Origin: Macrostomum lignano
Taxonomy: Eukaryota
Length of the DNA stretch: 56,658 nucleotides
Reading direction: 5' to 3'
NCBI GenBank assembly: GCA_002269645.1
Contig: NIVC01003289.1
Span: 1 to 56,658, forward strand
Positions 12,801 to 23,600 of the stretch are shown here, piece by piece; position 1 is the first letter of the stretch; each line of letters opens with the position of its first letter. The notes under the pieces are model-generated. The model saw only the letters and a list, made by a program, of their open reading frames with translations. It was not told the origin of the DNA and did not search any database. Position numbers and translations under genes: made by a program.

Positions 12801-15800
12801 ATTATTCCCAAGCAACTTCCCCATAGAAAGCAGAAAGAGTGGGCCCTTATGAGAAGTAGCCAAATTTAGTAGCAGAAGTTTAAAAGCCTTCAAATTTTAA
12901 ACTTTTTTGAGTCTTTTTGCCATAGACAAAAATTGCAATCTACAATCTTGAGGCATAGACTTTCATTTTTGATTACACAGTTGTGTGCAGCTATTATAGT
13001 ATAGCTATATAAAATAGTATTATTATTATTATAAAATAGTAATTGTTTCAGATTATCAAATCTCTTTATTTTGAATTTTTCTATAGTATATTAGAAATTA
13101 ACAAAATTGCCATTAAAATGGCATCTAGATAGGCTTAAACAATAGCAAATTTATATTTGCTACACTATATTTAACTATTTATTTAGGCAAATTTTTTGTA
13201 TCTAGCAAAGAATACCTTAATGAAGATATTTTGTAATTTAAAATAATTTAAGCATAATTCTTATGATTTTGTATTTGGCCTACTACAAAAAATTACATAA
13301 GGTGCTCTAAATCTCCATAATTTTTAACCATAGCTACTAGCAACTAAGTATGATCTTTAGTTAAAATCTATAACCTATATTGCAGAAGGAGGGGTATACG
13401 CCAGAATTTTCCAGTGTACACTTGAGTTCTGTGGCATACACCGGTGTACATTTCTTGGCTGTGTACAGTGTGGCATATAGTGTGGCCCATAGTCAGGAAG
13501 GTGTCCGTACGCAGGAATATTCCCACGTACACTTGGCCGTTAGAATCAGTTTCGGCATACAGATCTTCAGAAAACTGGTATATCTGCGTATCTGCGTACA
13601 CACACAACAGAACGACAAAATTGGCGTACCAATTTTACTGGTGGCATCATAACCACTGTCCGCATACGTAAGCAAGCTTGCATTGTGACCTTTTTTACAA
13701 ATCATATTCAATCTTATTTGTGTTGTATCGTATGTCTTTGCTGATTTATGGCCATTGAAAAAATGAAAGAATAATAAAACCCTATTGGAATAAGTTTTCA
13801 GACACTGTGGACAGTGCATCTAGTGCGCCATGGCAATCATAAAGTGGCCTGGACGATGCGTCATGACAATCTTCAAATCCTAAGGTGGTATGGACGATGT
13901 GTCATTCAAATCTTCAAATCCTAGGGTGCCATAGCACTCTAGGTTTAGGTGATATTGTGCATGACTCCAGTCTCTATCATGTTCATTCTGATGATGCATC
14001 ACTCGTTTTTGAGAGATTTAAAGAGATTGAGAGAAAGTTGTGTGTTTTACCGCACTTGTGTTTTACTGCACTCTGTTCTGTACTGTACTTCTGCCCCCTT
14101 CTGTTGTAGTTGCATCTATTTCTTAATTCTTAGTCTACTCGTCTTTTGACTTACAAAGTTACATTGTTGGTCTATTCAAAGAAAAATAAATAATGTAAAT
14201 AGTGTGGCAATTGCATCAGTGAGTACTTAAAATAATTACGAACACTGAAACCCTTTACTTCAATTTGGCTAATCGGTTAATACAAAATGAAGAAACTCCG
14301 TGATGAACAACACAGAGTTCACGAACAAACAAAATTGTCTTTGCCTTATCCACACACTTTTTCAGTAGTAGTTGTAGCACTTTGGCTCGGGTCGGGTTAT
14401 CAAATCTGATAACTATTTAGCATGGTGTTTCGAAGAATATTTTCACATTTAAATGTCAGCATAAATAAATGTACGCGCAACCAATCAAAAAGATAATTAA
14501 ACAAAGCAGAAAATTTGTTGAGACTTTTAATAGAATTTAGTTTACTTTTTTATTTCTTGCAACTGCGTTATAAGAGAACATTAAGAGCAATTAGCATTTG
14601 GCACTATGTTATAATGTTTATGAGGCAATAAAGAACATTTCTGCTGCGATCTTTCAACTACAATTTCCAATTTTACGATTAACTTGCATGCATATTCTAG
14701 ATGACACAGCAATCAATACATATGATAGGAGATATGCTATACTATAGCCCATAGCAATATTATCAAAGTTATAGAAATTAGAAAAACAAGTTTTACTTAC
14801 AGTTTGCTGAATTTCCACCGTGCTGCTGACTTTCTCCTGTGCATGCTTCTCATCCTTGTTCAGCAGCGCTGTATGTAGCGCGTGATGTCCTCCTTGCATC
14901 TTACCTGTGAGCTGCTGTGCGTCATGGCGCATGGCGCGCGTGGCGCGCCATGCGCCATGACTATGAGGAAAAAGAAAAAGTGCGCCGGACGCCGTCCGCG
15001 AAAATACCACTTATTCCAATAGGGTAATAAAAAAGTAAGCAGATAATGGAAAACTATTTCTAAAGATTGTTATTTTGCACTTTTGTGAAAAAAAGAATTG
15101 TTTTATTTGTTTCTGTTTTCATTTTTTTTCAAATTGTTGCATGCAATGATCTACGCCTACGGAAAATGATATGGAAAAAGGACTTCAGCATACAGCATAA
15201 TGTTCAAAATGAAGCTAAAAAAATTGGCGTACATTGGCGTACAGGCCTAATTTTGCCTAGAATTAGTTCCTGCGTACACTGGACACCTTCCTGACTATGG
15301 AGTGTGGCATACACAACTGACGTACAAATTAATATAAAGAATTTTTTCATGCATTTTTCTGTGTTAAGTTATTTCAAAAAACCTTTTTTTCTGCTTTTTG
15401 CTCATTTATTAATCATTTTAATTACCAGAATTGTCACAAAAACTGTCATGTCATTATTAAATTTTTGTAATTTAAATTTAAATTTAAATATTCATTGATT
15501 TTTGTACCATTATTAAACCATTTATAATTATAATATACTGTTCTGATTCTGACTTCTAGTTGTGTTTAATTGCTATTTTTGTTTTTGTTGGTGCACATTA
15601 AGAAAGTTGACATACATTTAAAATTAGTTGGCATACAATTGAAAATTCAATGAAAAAATGTGCAGCATACATAGATAGAAAACTTTCTGCAATATGGTCT
15701 ATAACTATTTTTTTAAATGTAGGCCTATTACCCCAAACTTTTCCCATAACTATAGGCATAGACAATTATAATAGAACACTAGTTGATGATACAACACAAT

Positions 15801-16409
15801 GATGCAGTTATACATTTCTCTTTAATTTTCTTTAATAAATAATAAGACTTTGCTTATATTGGATTTAGATTCTAAGAAGACAAAGGCTTTGATTTTTTGC
15901 CAAGCAAAACATAAACAATGCTACTTACCTTTGTCAGAAAATGAATCCCAACCAGAAGCAGAACTAGCAGAACCAATATAAGGATGCACTGTTGTTCCAA
16001 GTCCAGTACCAGATATATTTCTATTTCTTGAATGAGGCCTACCAGAGTGGTCCCGTCGTCAATGAACATGATTGCGAGCTGATGAGTCCATTAGGTAATC
16101 AGGTCCTCGTGTTCCACTTCCTGAATCCCATTCAGCATGCCTTGACCTAGATCCTACTTGTCGTGATTGCCGCAATCCAGAATCATATGGAACATCAACA
16201 CTACTGTGCTGATAAGACGTTGCAGCTGCAAACCTTGCATCAGGCAAGTCACCAGGGTTCATTGTATTGCTTGATTGCGTAATACCTTGGGTACTAACAA
16301 ATGGCTGATACTTTGAAAATCGCGGTTCTGACGAGGACAAACCAAGTGATCGATTGGAAACAGTTGTTGCTCTTTTAAAGTCAGCTAAAACAAAGCCATT
16401 ATCATCCAT
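6806..16409 (-). CDS. SLC25A46: Mitochondrial outer-membrane carrier-family protein SLC25A46 (Ugo1-like), 7 coding exons
   Basis: Exons (minus strand): 15929-16409, 11509-11551, 11367-11424, 11164-11241, 10523-10623, 9307-9681, 6806-7264, all GT-AG and phase-compatible. Translation gives [77 protein letters not shown] and FYPELLSSFVGALLSDLLLFPLETLTHRLCVQGTRTLIDNMDTG..LYRGFGA, which are hallmark SLC25A46 motifs. One frame break at 9423-9426 and an in-frame TGA at 16059-16061. Exon 1 is less certain than the rest. Confidence 0.93.
7452..8850. repeat. Intronic minisatellite, 37/38-bp unit (gcatggcgataactacattgagttacttgtaccatcac), about 37 copies
   Basis: Uninterrupted head-to-tail copies with two interspersed unit variants, inside the last SLC25A46 intron (7265-9306). 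Confidence 0.97.
9758..10372. repeat. Intronic minisatellite, 20-bp unit (acctgctaagtaagggtatc), about 30 copies
   Basis: Near-perfect array that degenerates at the right end, inside SLC25A46 intron 9682-10522. Confidence 0.97.
10655..11105. repeat. Intronic minisatellite, ~21-24-bp unit (cagctggcagtggggacggggat)
   Basis: About 20 degenerate copies filling SLC25A46 intron 10624-11163. Confidence 0.93.
12441..12994. mobile_element. Non-autonomous TIR element (MITE), about 550 bp, with long degenerate TIRs
   Basis: atagctgcacacaactgt at 12441 is mirrored by acagttgtgtgcagctat ending at 12994. Imperfect inverted similarity continues for about 100 bp (ttttgtctatggcaaaag / ctttttgccatagacaaaa). 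Flanks are TA-rich. Superfamily uncertain. Confidence 0.75.
13487..15300. mobile_element. TIR DNA transposon derivative with 8-bp TSD (hAT/P-type TSD length), carrying a nested element
   Basis: Perfect 20-bp TIR ccatagtcaggaaggtgtcc / ggacaccttcctgactatgg. TSD agtgtggc at 13479-13486 and 15301-15308. No transposase ORF. Confidence 0.88.
13780..15024. mobile_element. Nested TIR element, 1245 bp, with 8-bp TSD
   Basis: 16-bp TIR ccctattggaataagt / acttattccaataggg. TSD taataaaa at 13772-13779 and 15025-15032. Contains a perfect hairpin at 14921-14961. Confidence 0.88.
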
Positions 16410-17645
16410 GAAAAAATTGAAAGGTAATGTTAAAAGACATCCATAGAGGAAATCACAGTAACAAAATCAATTGATGATAGTTATATAATGAGAAGGCATA
16501 AAATATGCGTACAAAAGTTGGCCTAACATCGATCATCAATCGTCAATGGTGAGAATAACTATTGTAAGTAAATAGATGAATTTGGACTTTTAAAATCCGT
16601 AATAGTTTATAAACAAGTGGCAAACGCGTAATTTTACATTTACGAAAAAGCAGAACCAGTCTTTAAACTCAATAGGAAAAATATTTTTGTTAAATTTTTC
16701 TCCTCTGCGCTTAATTGATGATCACCGTACAGGACTTTATGATTTGATTTGATCGATTTTGGAAAATTTGATTTTCCGATTTTGGCATGGCACCACGTTA
16801 ATGGGCCTTTTCATATTGCTTGCTCTTGGTTCCAGAACCAGAATCAATTTGTGAAGTATAACTTTTTGTCTCCATAACTAGAGGGAGATACGTGCTATAA
16901 AGTTTTTATTATTGAATGACAATCACCAAGAAGAAAGTGAAAAATTGTGCTAAGTTAGGTTGTTAAGGCAGTCAAATATTAACAGAGTTTAATAGTTATA
17001 CTGCTGTTTTTCTTGGAATTCCGAACCGATTCTGGTCCTGGAATTGGTAATATGAAAAGGCCCAATTAAAGTGATTTGAAACTTGCAGCAATTCAAAGCT
17101 GTTTGTAACTTGTAATTTGTAACTTTTTGATTTGCAAAAAAATTTACCTATAACATTTTTTGCAAGGACCACTCAATGGTCACATTACGCATTATTGCGC
17201 ATTAGTCCCCCATCGTGTCGCCTACGTACGTGTTTTATGCAGAAAACACAAATTTTTGGACAAAAAAAATTAACTTGCTAGCGTCACGTTGACATGATTA
17301 AATCCAGCGGTAATAATTAAAAAATTCCGGTTGACGAATTGCGCCAGTTGACGAAATCGCAGTTTACCTCAATGTCTTTTGCAATCATTGTCCTTTCTAC
17401 ATTCTGCAATTGAAGCTTTACCTTATTAGAAAAAAAATCTTTGCATTTTTTTAGTGTCTGTTTGTTTAAAATGGAACAGCTTAACTGCATCTCATTTCGA
17501 TTTGGTTTCCCAGAATCCAGCGTAATTTTAAATTGTAAGTTGTCATCTTTTTTCGCTGAAATAGTCAGCACCCTTCCAGGCTTCTCGTAAGACGACACTG
17601 CTACCACTGACTATTAATACTTAAACGTATTAAACATTACTTAAA
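16410..17645. promoter_or_regulatory. Probable bidirectional promoter region between SLC25A46 (-) and RPB7 (+)
   Basis: Inferred only from head-to-head start codons about 1.2 kb apart. AT-rich. No specific core elements identified. Confidence 0.5.
16803..17063. mobile_element. PIF/Harbinger(Tourist)-like MITE, 261 bp
   Basis: TIR gggccttttcatatt / aatatgaaaaggccc, internal sub-TIR (ttccagaaccagaatc / gattctggtcctggaa), and a 3-bp AT-rich duplication aat on both sides. Confidence 0.75.
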
Positions 17646-20600
17646 ATGTTTTACTTTGTAAGTATTTCATTAAATTTTATTGTTTGATATATGATTATCA
17701 CTATCAGTATGATTCAGTATCACTATTAGTACTATTAGTATTAGTAATCTGTTTTTAAGGCTTGTTAAGTCCTATATACTAAAAATGAGTTGTCTGTATG
17801 TGGGTATGTGGGTATGCGATAGATTTCAGAAAAATTGGCTCAACCGATTTTCTTCAAACTTGCACCATTCGATCAGAAATTTTCCTGGGACGGTACATGC
17901 ATCTTGGCTAAGAAATTGCTCAATGTTAAAGGGATTAAATATTCGAAAAACATGCTTTTTTGCAAAGGTCAAGCAGCTCTTTCGACCTGAAATGCATTGT
18001 AAGAATGCCAGAGAAAAAAATGACTCACTGAATTTCAATTCTGATAAAGATTGCATCACAACAAGTTGAAAACAGTGCCGAAGAAAATGCACACACGACT
18101 TGATTAAAATTGCGTAACCAATATTGCTAACTTGAAGTGAGACTGATACTGGCTGACTGAGAAATTGATTATGTCATAACTTTTTACTCCAATTGACTTG
18201 CTGTAAGAATTGAATTATAAGAGCCACAATTCATGTTCTCCAATTGAAAAGAGATAGCCAAGATGCAAACAGACTGGACTGCTAATGTAGCGACCTGGGT
18301 TCGAATCTTAGTAGTGCAAAAAAGATTTTTTTTATTAAAACACCTAAAAAACACAAAACTACTAAACATAAAAGAAGCGCAATGTGAAACATAGAAGAGC
18401 CACCATGTCGAACATTAAAGAGCCAACATGTCAAACATAAAAGAGCCACCATGTCAAACCTAAACGAGCCACCATGTCTAATATTTAAGAGGCACCATGT
18501 AAAACATATAAGTGACTTTATGTCAAACATAAAAGAGCCACCATTTCGAACATTAAACAGCCACCATTTCGAACATTAAAGAGCCACCATGTCGAACATA
18601 AAAGAGCCACTATTTCGAACCATACATGCGCAACAGTCGGCCGAGTCGGCCGATCCGGCCGACCGATTTGGCGGCCAACCAAGGAAGTCGCAAAAATGCC
18701 CACCCAAAAAAATTCCTAAGTAGTACTAAGTAGCTGACGAGGCATTTTGGCTTAATAAGACAGTCATAGTTACTTCTGCCGTTTACCCAAAGTTGCGTTA
18801 AATTTGCTTTATGGTTTTTTCACATGTAAGTCGCATTTTTGGCCAAAAACTATGTCGCATTTTGTTAAAAACTAAGTCGCATGGCCGACCGAATTTTGGA
18901 GGTTGTGCATGTATGTTTCGAACATTAAAGAGCCACCATTTCGAACATTAAAGAGCCACCATGTCGACCATAAAAGAGCCACTATTTCGAACATCAAAGA
19001 GCCACTATGTCAAACATTTAGGAGCCACTTTTTCGAACACTAAAGAGCCACCATGTCAAACATAAAAGAGCCAACATGTCAAACATAAAAGAGCCAACAT
19101 GTCAAACATAAAGAGCCACCATGTCAAACATTTAAGAGCCACAATGTCAAACATATATGTGACTTTGTGTCAAACATTAAAGAGCCACCATTTCGAACAT
19201 TAAAGAGCCACTATTTCGAACATTAAAGAGCCACCATGTCAAACATGAAAGAGCTACCATTTCAAACATTAAAGAGCCATTATGTCAAACATTCAAAAGC
19301 CACATTGTCAAACATTAAAGAGCCATTATGTCGTACATTAAAGAGCCACCATTTCGAACATTAAAGAGCCACCATGTCGAACATAAAAGAGCCACCATTT
19401 CGAACATAAAAGAGCCACCATGTCAATCATTAAAGAGCCACCATGTCAAACATAAAGAGCCACCATTTTGAATATTAAAGAGCCACTATGTCAAACATTT
19501 AGGAGCCACTTTGTCGAACATTAAAGAGCCACCATGTCAAACATAAAAGAGCCAACATGTCAGACATTAAAAAAGCCACCGTACAGATATAAAAGAGTTA
19601 CCATGTAGAACAAAAAAGAGCCACCATTTCGAACAAAAAAGAGCCACCATGTCAAACATAAAAGAGCCACCATGTCAAACATAAAAGAGCCAACATGTCA
19701 AACATAAAGAGCCACCATATCAGGCATTTGGGAGCCACCATGTCAAACATATATGTGACTTTATGTCAAACATTAAAGAGCCGCAATTTCGAACATAACA
19801 GAGCTACGATGTCAAACATTAAAGAGCCACCATGTCGAACTTTAAAGAGCCACCATGTCGAACATTAAAGAGCCACCCTGTCGAATATCAAAGAGCCACC
19901 ATGTCGAACATTAAAGAGCCACCATGTCTAACATTAAAAGTCACCATGTTAAACATTAAAGAGCCACCATATCAAGCATAAAAAAGCCACCATGTCAAAC
20001 CTAAAAGAGCCACCATGTCGAAAATTTAAGAGCCAAAATGTAGAATATAAAAGAGCCACCATGTCAACCATATAAGTGACTTTATGTCAAATATTTAAGA
20101 GCCACCATGTTAAACCTAAAAGAGCCACCATGTTAAACCTAAAAGAGCCACCATGTTAAACCTAAAAGAGCCACCATGTTAAACCTAAAAGAGCCACCAT
20201 GTTAAACCTAAAAGAGCCACCATGTCGAACACTTAAGAGCCACAATGTAAAATATTAAAGAGCCACCATTTCGAACATATAAGTGACTTTATGTCAAACA
20301 TTAAAGTGCCACTATGTCAAACATTAAAGAGCCACCATGTCAAACATAGAAATGCCACCAAGTAAAATATAAAAGAGCTACCATGTCAAACATAAAATAG
20401 CCATCATGTCAAACATAAAAGAGTCATCATGTGAAACATATATGTGACTCAATGTCAAACATTAAAGAGCCACCATGTCAAACATAAATGAGACACCATA
20501 TGTCGAACATTAAAGAGCCACCATGTCAAACATTAAAGAGCCACCATGTCAAACATTAAAGAGCCACCATGTTAAACAATAAAGAGCCACCATGTCGAAC

Positions 20601-23600
20601 ATTAAAGAGCCACCATGTCAAACATTTAAGAGCCACCATGTCAAACATAAAAGAGCCACCATGTCGAACATAAAAGAGCCACCATGTCAAACATAAGAGA
20701 GCCACCATGTTGAACATAAAAGAGCCACCATGTCGAACATAAAATTTACACAATTTCAAACGTGAAAGTAAGCGAATTTTAAAGGAGCCACTATAATGCT
20801 GGGGAAATTGTCGCACTAGCTACTTATTGTCTGGTGGATGCTTGCTATTTGGGGATGCTTGCTATCTGAGGGATGCTTTCTATCTGGGGATGCTTGCTAT
20901 CTGGGGGATGCTTGCTATCTTGGGGATGCTTGCTATCTGGGGGATGCTTGCTATCTGGGGGATGCTTGCTATCTGGGGGATGCTTGCTATCTGGGGATGC
21001 TTGCTATCTTGGGGATGCTTGCTATCTTGGGGATGCTTGCTATCTGGGGGATGCTTGCTATCTGGGGGATGCTTGCTATCTGAGGGATGCTTGCTATCTG
21101 GGGGATGGTTGCTATCTAGGGGATGCTTGCTATCTGGGGGATGGTTGCTATCTAGGGGATGCTTGCTATCTGGGGGATGCTTGCTATCTGGGGGATGCTT
21201 GCTATCTGGGGGTTGCTTGCAATCTGGAGGATGCTTGCTATCTGGGGAATGCTTGCTGTCTTGGGATGATTTCTTTTTGCATTGCACTTCCTTTGAGTAT
21301 TTTGTCTGTTTTCTTTGTGAAGGCTTTTTTTGCTATCTTTTTGTTGCTTGCAGAGAACAGAGGTTCTATACAGACGTCCCCCAACGGGGGGCGAAGATTG
21401 CTAGTCAAGGCTAAAGGTTAACTTAAGTTGCTTTTTATGTATTTATGTATTTTGTTTCAGTTGCTATCATATTTAAGATAGTAAGAAGATAATAAAAAAA
21501 ATTATGATAGTAACAACTAATATTGATTATCTAATCAAATATGTTTAACATATAGCCAACTTGGCCACCATAGTCCAGATCATGGCACCAGAATCTGGTG
21601 TACACCAGAATGAAAACTCACATTTTTTCAATTCAATGCTAATGTAAAATTAAAAAAAAATTATGTCGAGTCCAGAGTTGCCATAGTCCCGATCATGCTA
21701 GGTGCACGCAATATGCCTAAGCAATAGTTTCAATAATTACAAATGCACACCAAAAAAATTAAGTGCATGCCCATTCTTAAAACTCCACCATTATTGCAAC
21801 AATAAATGACCTTTTTATTGCATAAAAGACCCTTTTAACAAATAATTTGGTTAATTTTTCTACTTTTTTACAATACCGTATTATTTATAATTATAGTAAA
21901 AAACTAGCAATCTTTGCCCCCCGTTGGGGGAAATCTGGATAGAATCTCTGTTCTTTACAAGTAACAAAAAGATAGCCAAATAATGCCTTCACAAAGACGA
22001 CAGACAAACTGCTCAAATAAAGTGTAATGCAAAAAGAAATCATCCCAAGACAGTAAGCATCCCCAGATAGCCCTATTGCAGGGCATGGCTCAAGTACGCC
22101 AGATGCCTACACAACCTACGCCACGCTGTGAAATGACTTACCTGTGAAAGAAACCCTAAAGAAAAATTAACGTAGTTTTGGGTAAACGGCAGGAGTAACT
22201 ATGACTGTCTTCGGGCCTAAATGCCTCAGCATCTAATTAGTACTACGCCCGTATTCTATGGGGTGGCATTTTTGCGACTTACCCCTGGTCCACCACCAAT
22301 GCTGCGCCGCGCAGGCTGATCCGCGCCAGACGCCGTCTGCCAAAATGCCCATGCGCTGCAATCAGGCCAGATAGCAAGCATCCCCCAGATTGCCCAGGAT
22401 GGAATTCTTGTATTTCTTAAGTCAAACAGAATTATGTGATTTTTTTATGGCGTGCAAAGTATTTTTTATTGGTCGCATTTTTTTTAGTACTTAGCATGTC
22501 GCAAAATAATGAAATAACAAAATAACGAAAGACAATAATGAAAAATGCATTCTAAGAAAATGTAGTGATTTGAATTTTTGTCCAAATACGTATGTTAGAG
22601 AATGTTACGAGTTTCTACTTTTTATAGAATTTTTTTTCGAATTTTTACTTTTGTGCCTTATTTAGTTTTTACTTTTTATTCTTTTTTTTCTTTGTGATCT
22701 TAGCTAGTAGGATTATTTTTTGCAAAATCCAATATCTCAAGCGCACTTTTGCATATATTAGAATTAGAAATTTTGTCTGAAATTCTACAACGCTTTTTTT
22801 CTGGATTTTTTGACGCAAAATTGCATTTTTTTCGCTCAATCGCATAACGCGTTGTGATTTTTCTGCAAGAATTCCATCCAGGCAGATTGCAAGCATCCCT
22901 CAGATAGCAAGCATCTCCCAGATAGCAAGCATCCCCCAAATAGCAAGCATCCCCCAGATAGTAAGCATTCCCCAGATAGGAAGCATCCCCCCTCCTGGAT
23001 AGCAAGCATCCCTGAGATAGCAAGCATCCCCCAGTCCCAGATAGCAAGCATCCCCAAATAGTAAGCATCTACCAGACAATAAGTAGCTAGTGCAACAATT
23101 TCTTTAGCTCTATAGTGGCTCCTTTAAAATTGGCATGATGCTTACTTTTACGTTTGAAATTGTGTATCTTTTATGTTCGACATGGTGGTTCTTTAATGTT
23201 TGACATGGTGGCTCTTTTATGTTCTACATGGTGGCTCTCTTATGTTTGATTCGGGGTTTTTTAATGTCTGACATGGTGTCTCTTTAATGTTTGTCATTTG
23301 ACATAGTGGCTCTTTTATGTTTGACATGGTGGCTCTTTTATGCTTGACATGGTGGCTCTTTACTGTTTGACATGGAGTCACATATATGTTTGACATGGTG
23401 GCTCTTTAATGTTAGATATGATGGCTCTTTAATGTTCTTCATGGTGACTCTTTTATGTTTGACATGGAGTCACGAATATACTTGACATGGTGACTCATTA
23501 ATGTTTGACATGGTGGCTCTATAATGTTAGACATGGTGGCTCTTTAATGTTTGACATGGTGGCTCTTTAATGTTAGACATGGTGGCTCTTTAATGTTCGA

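Larger units (their letters stand above)
17770..21404 (+). mobile_element. Non-autonomous Helitron, copy 1, with internal 23-bp and 17-bp minisatellites
   Basis: 5' end is TCctatatactaaaaatgag..ggctcaaccgattttcttcaaacttg, a typical animal Helitron-N head. 3' end is a GC hairpin cccccaacgggggg followed by CTAG|T at 21401-21405. No TIR, TSD or RepHel ORF. Confidence 0.8.

Noticed and set aside
20827-21421. Long repetitive ORFs (GDACYL/WGMLAI repeats; likewise 10629-11122, 28928-29497, 39286-39789, 52176-53019)
   Set aside because: They coincide exactly with minisatellites in introns or TEs and are open in several frames on both strands. They are by-products of stop-free repeat units.
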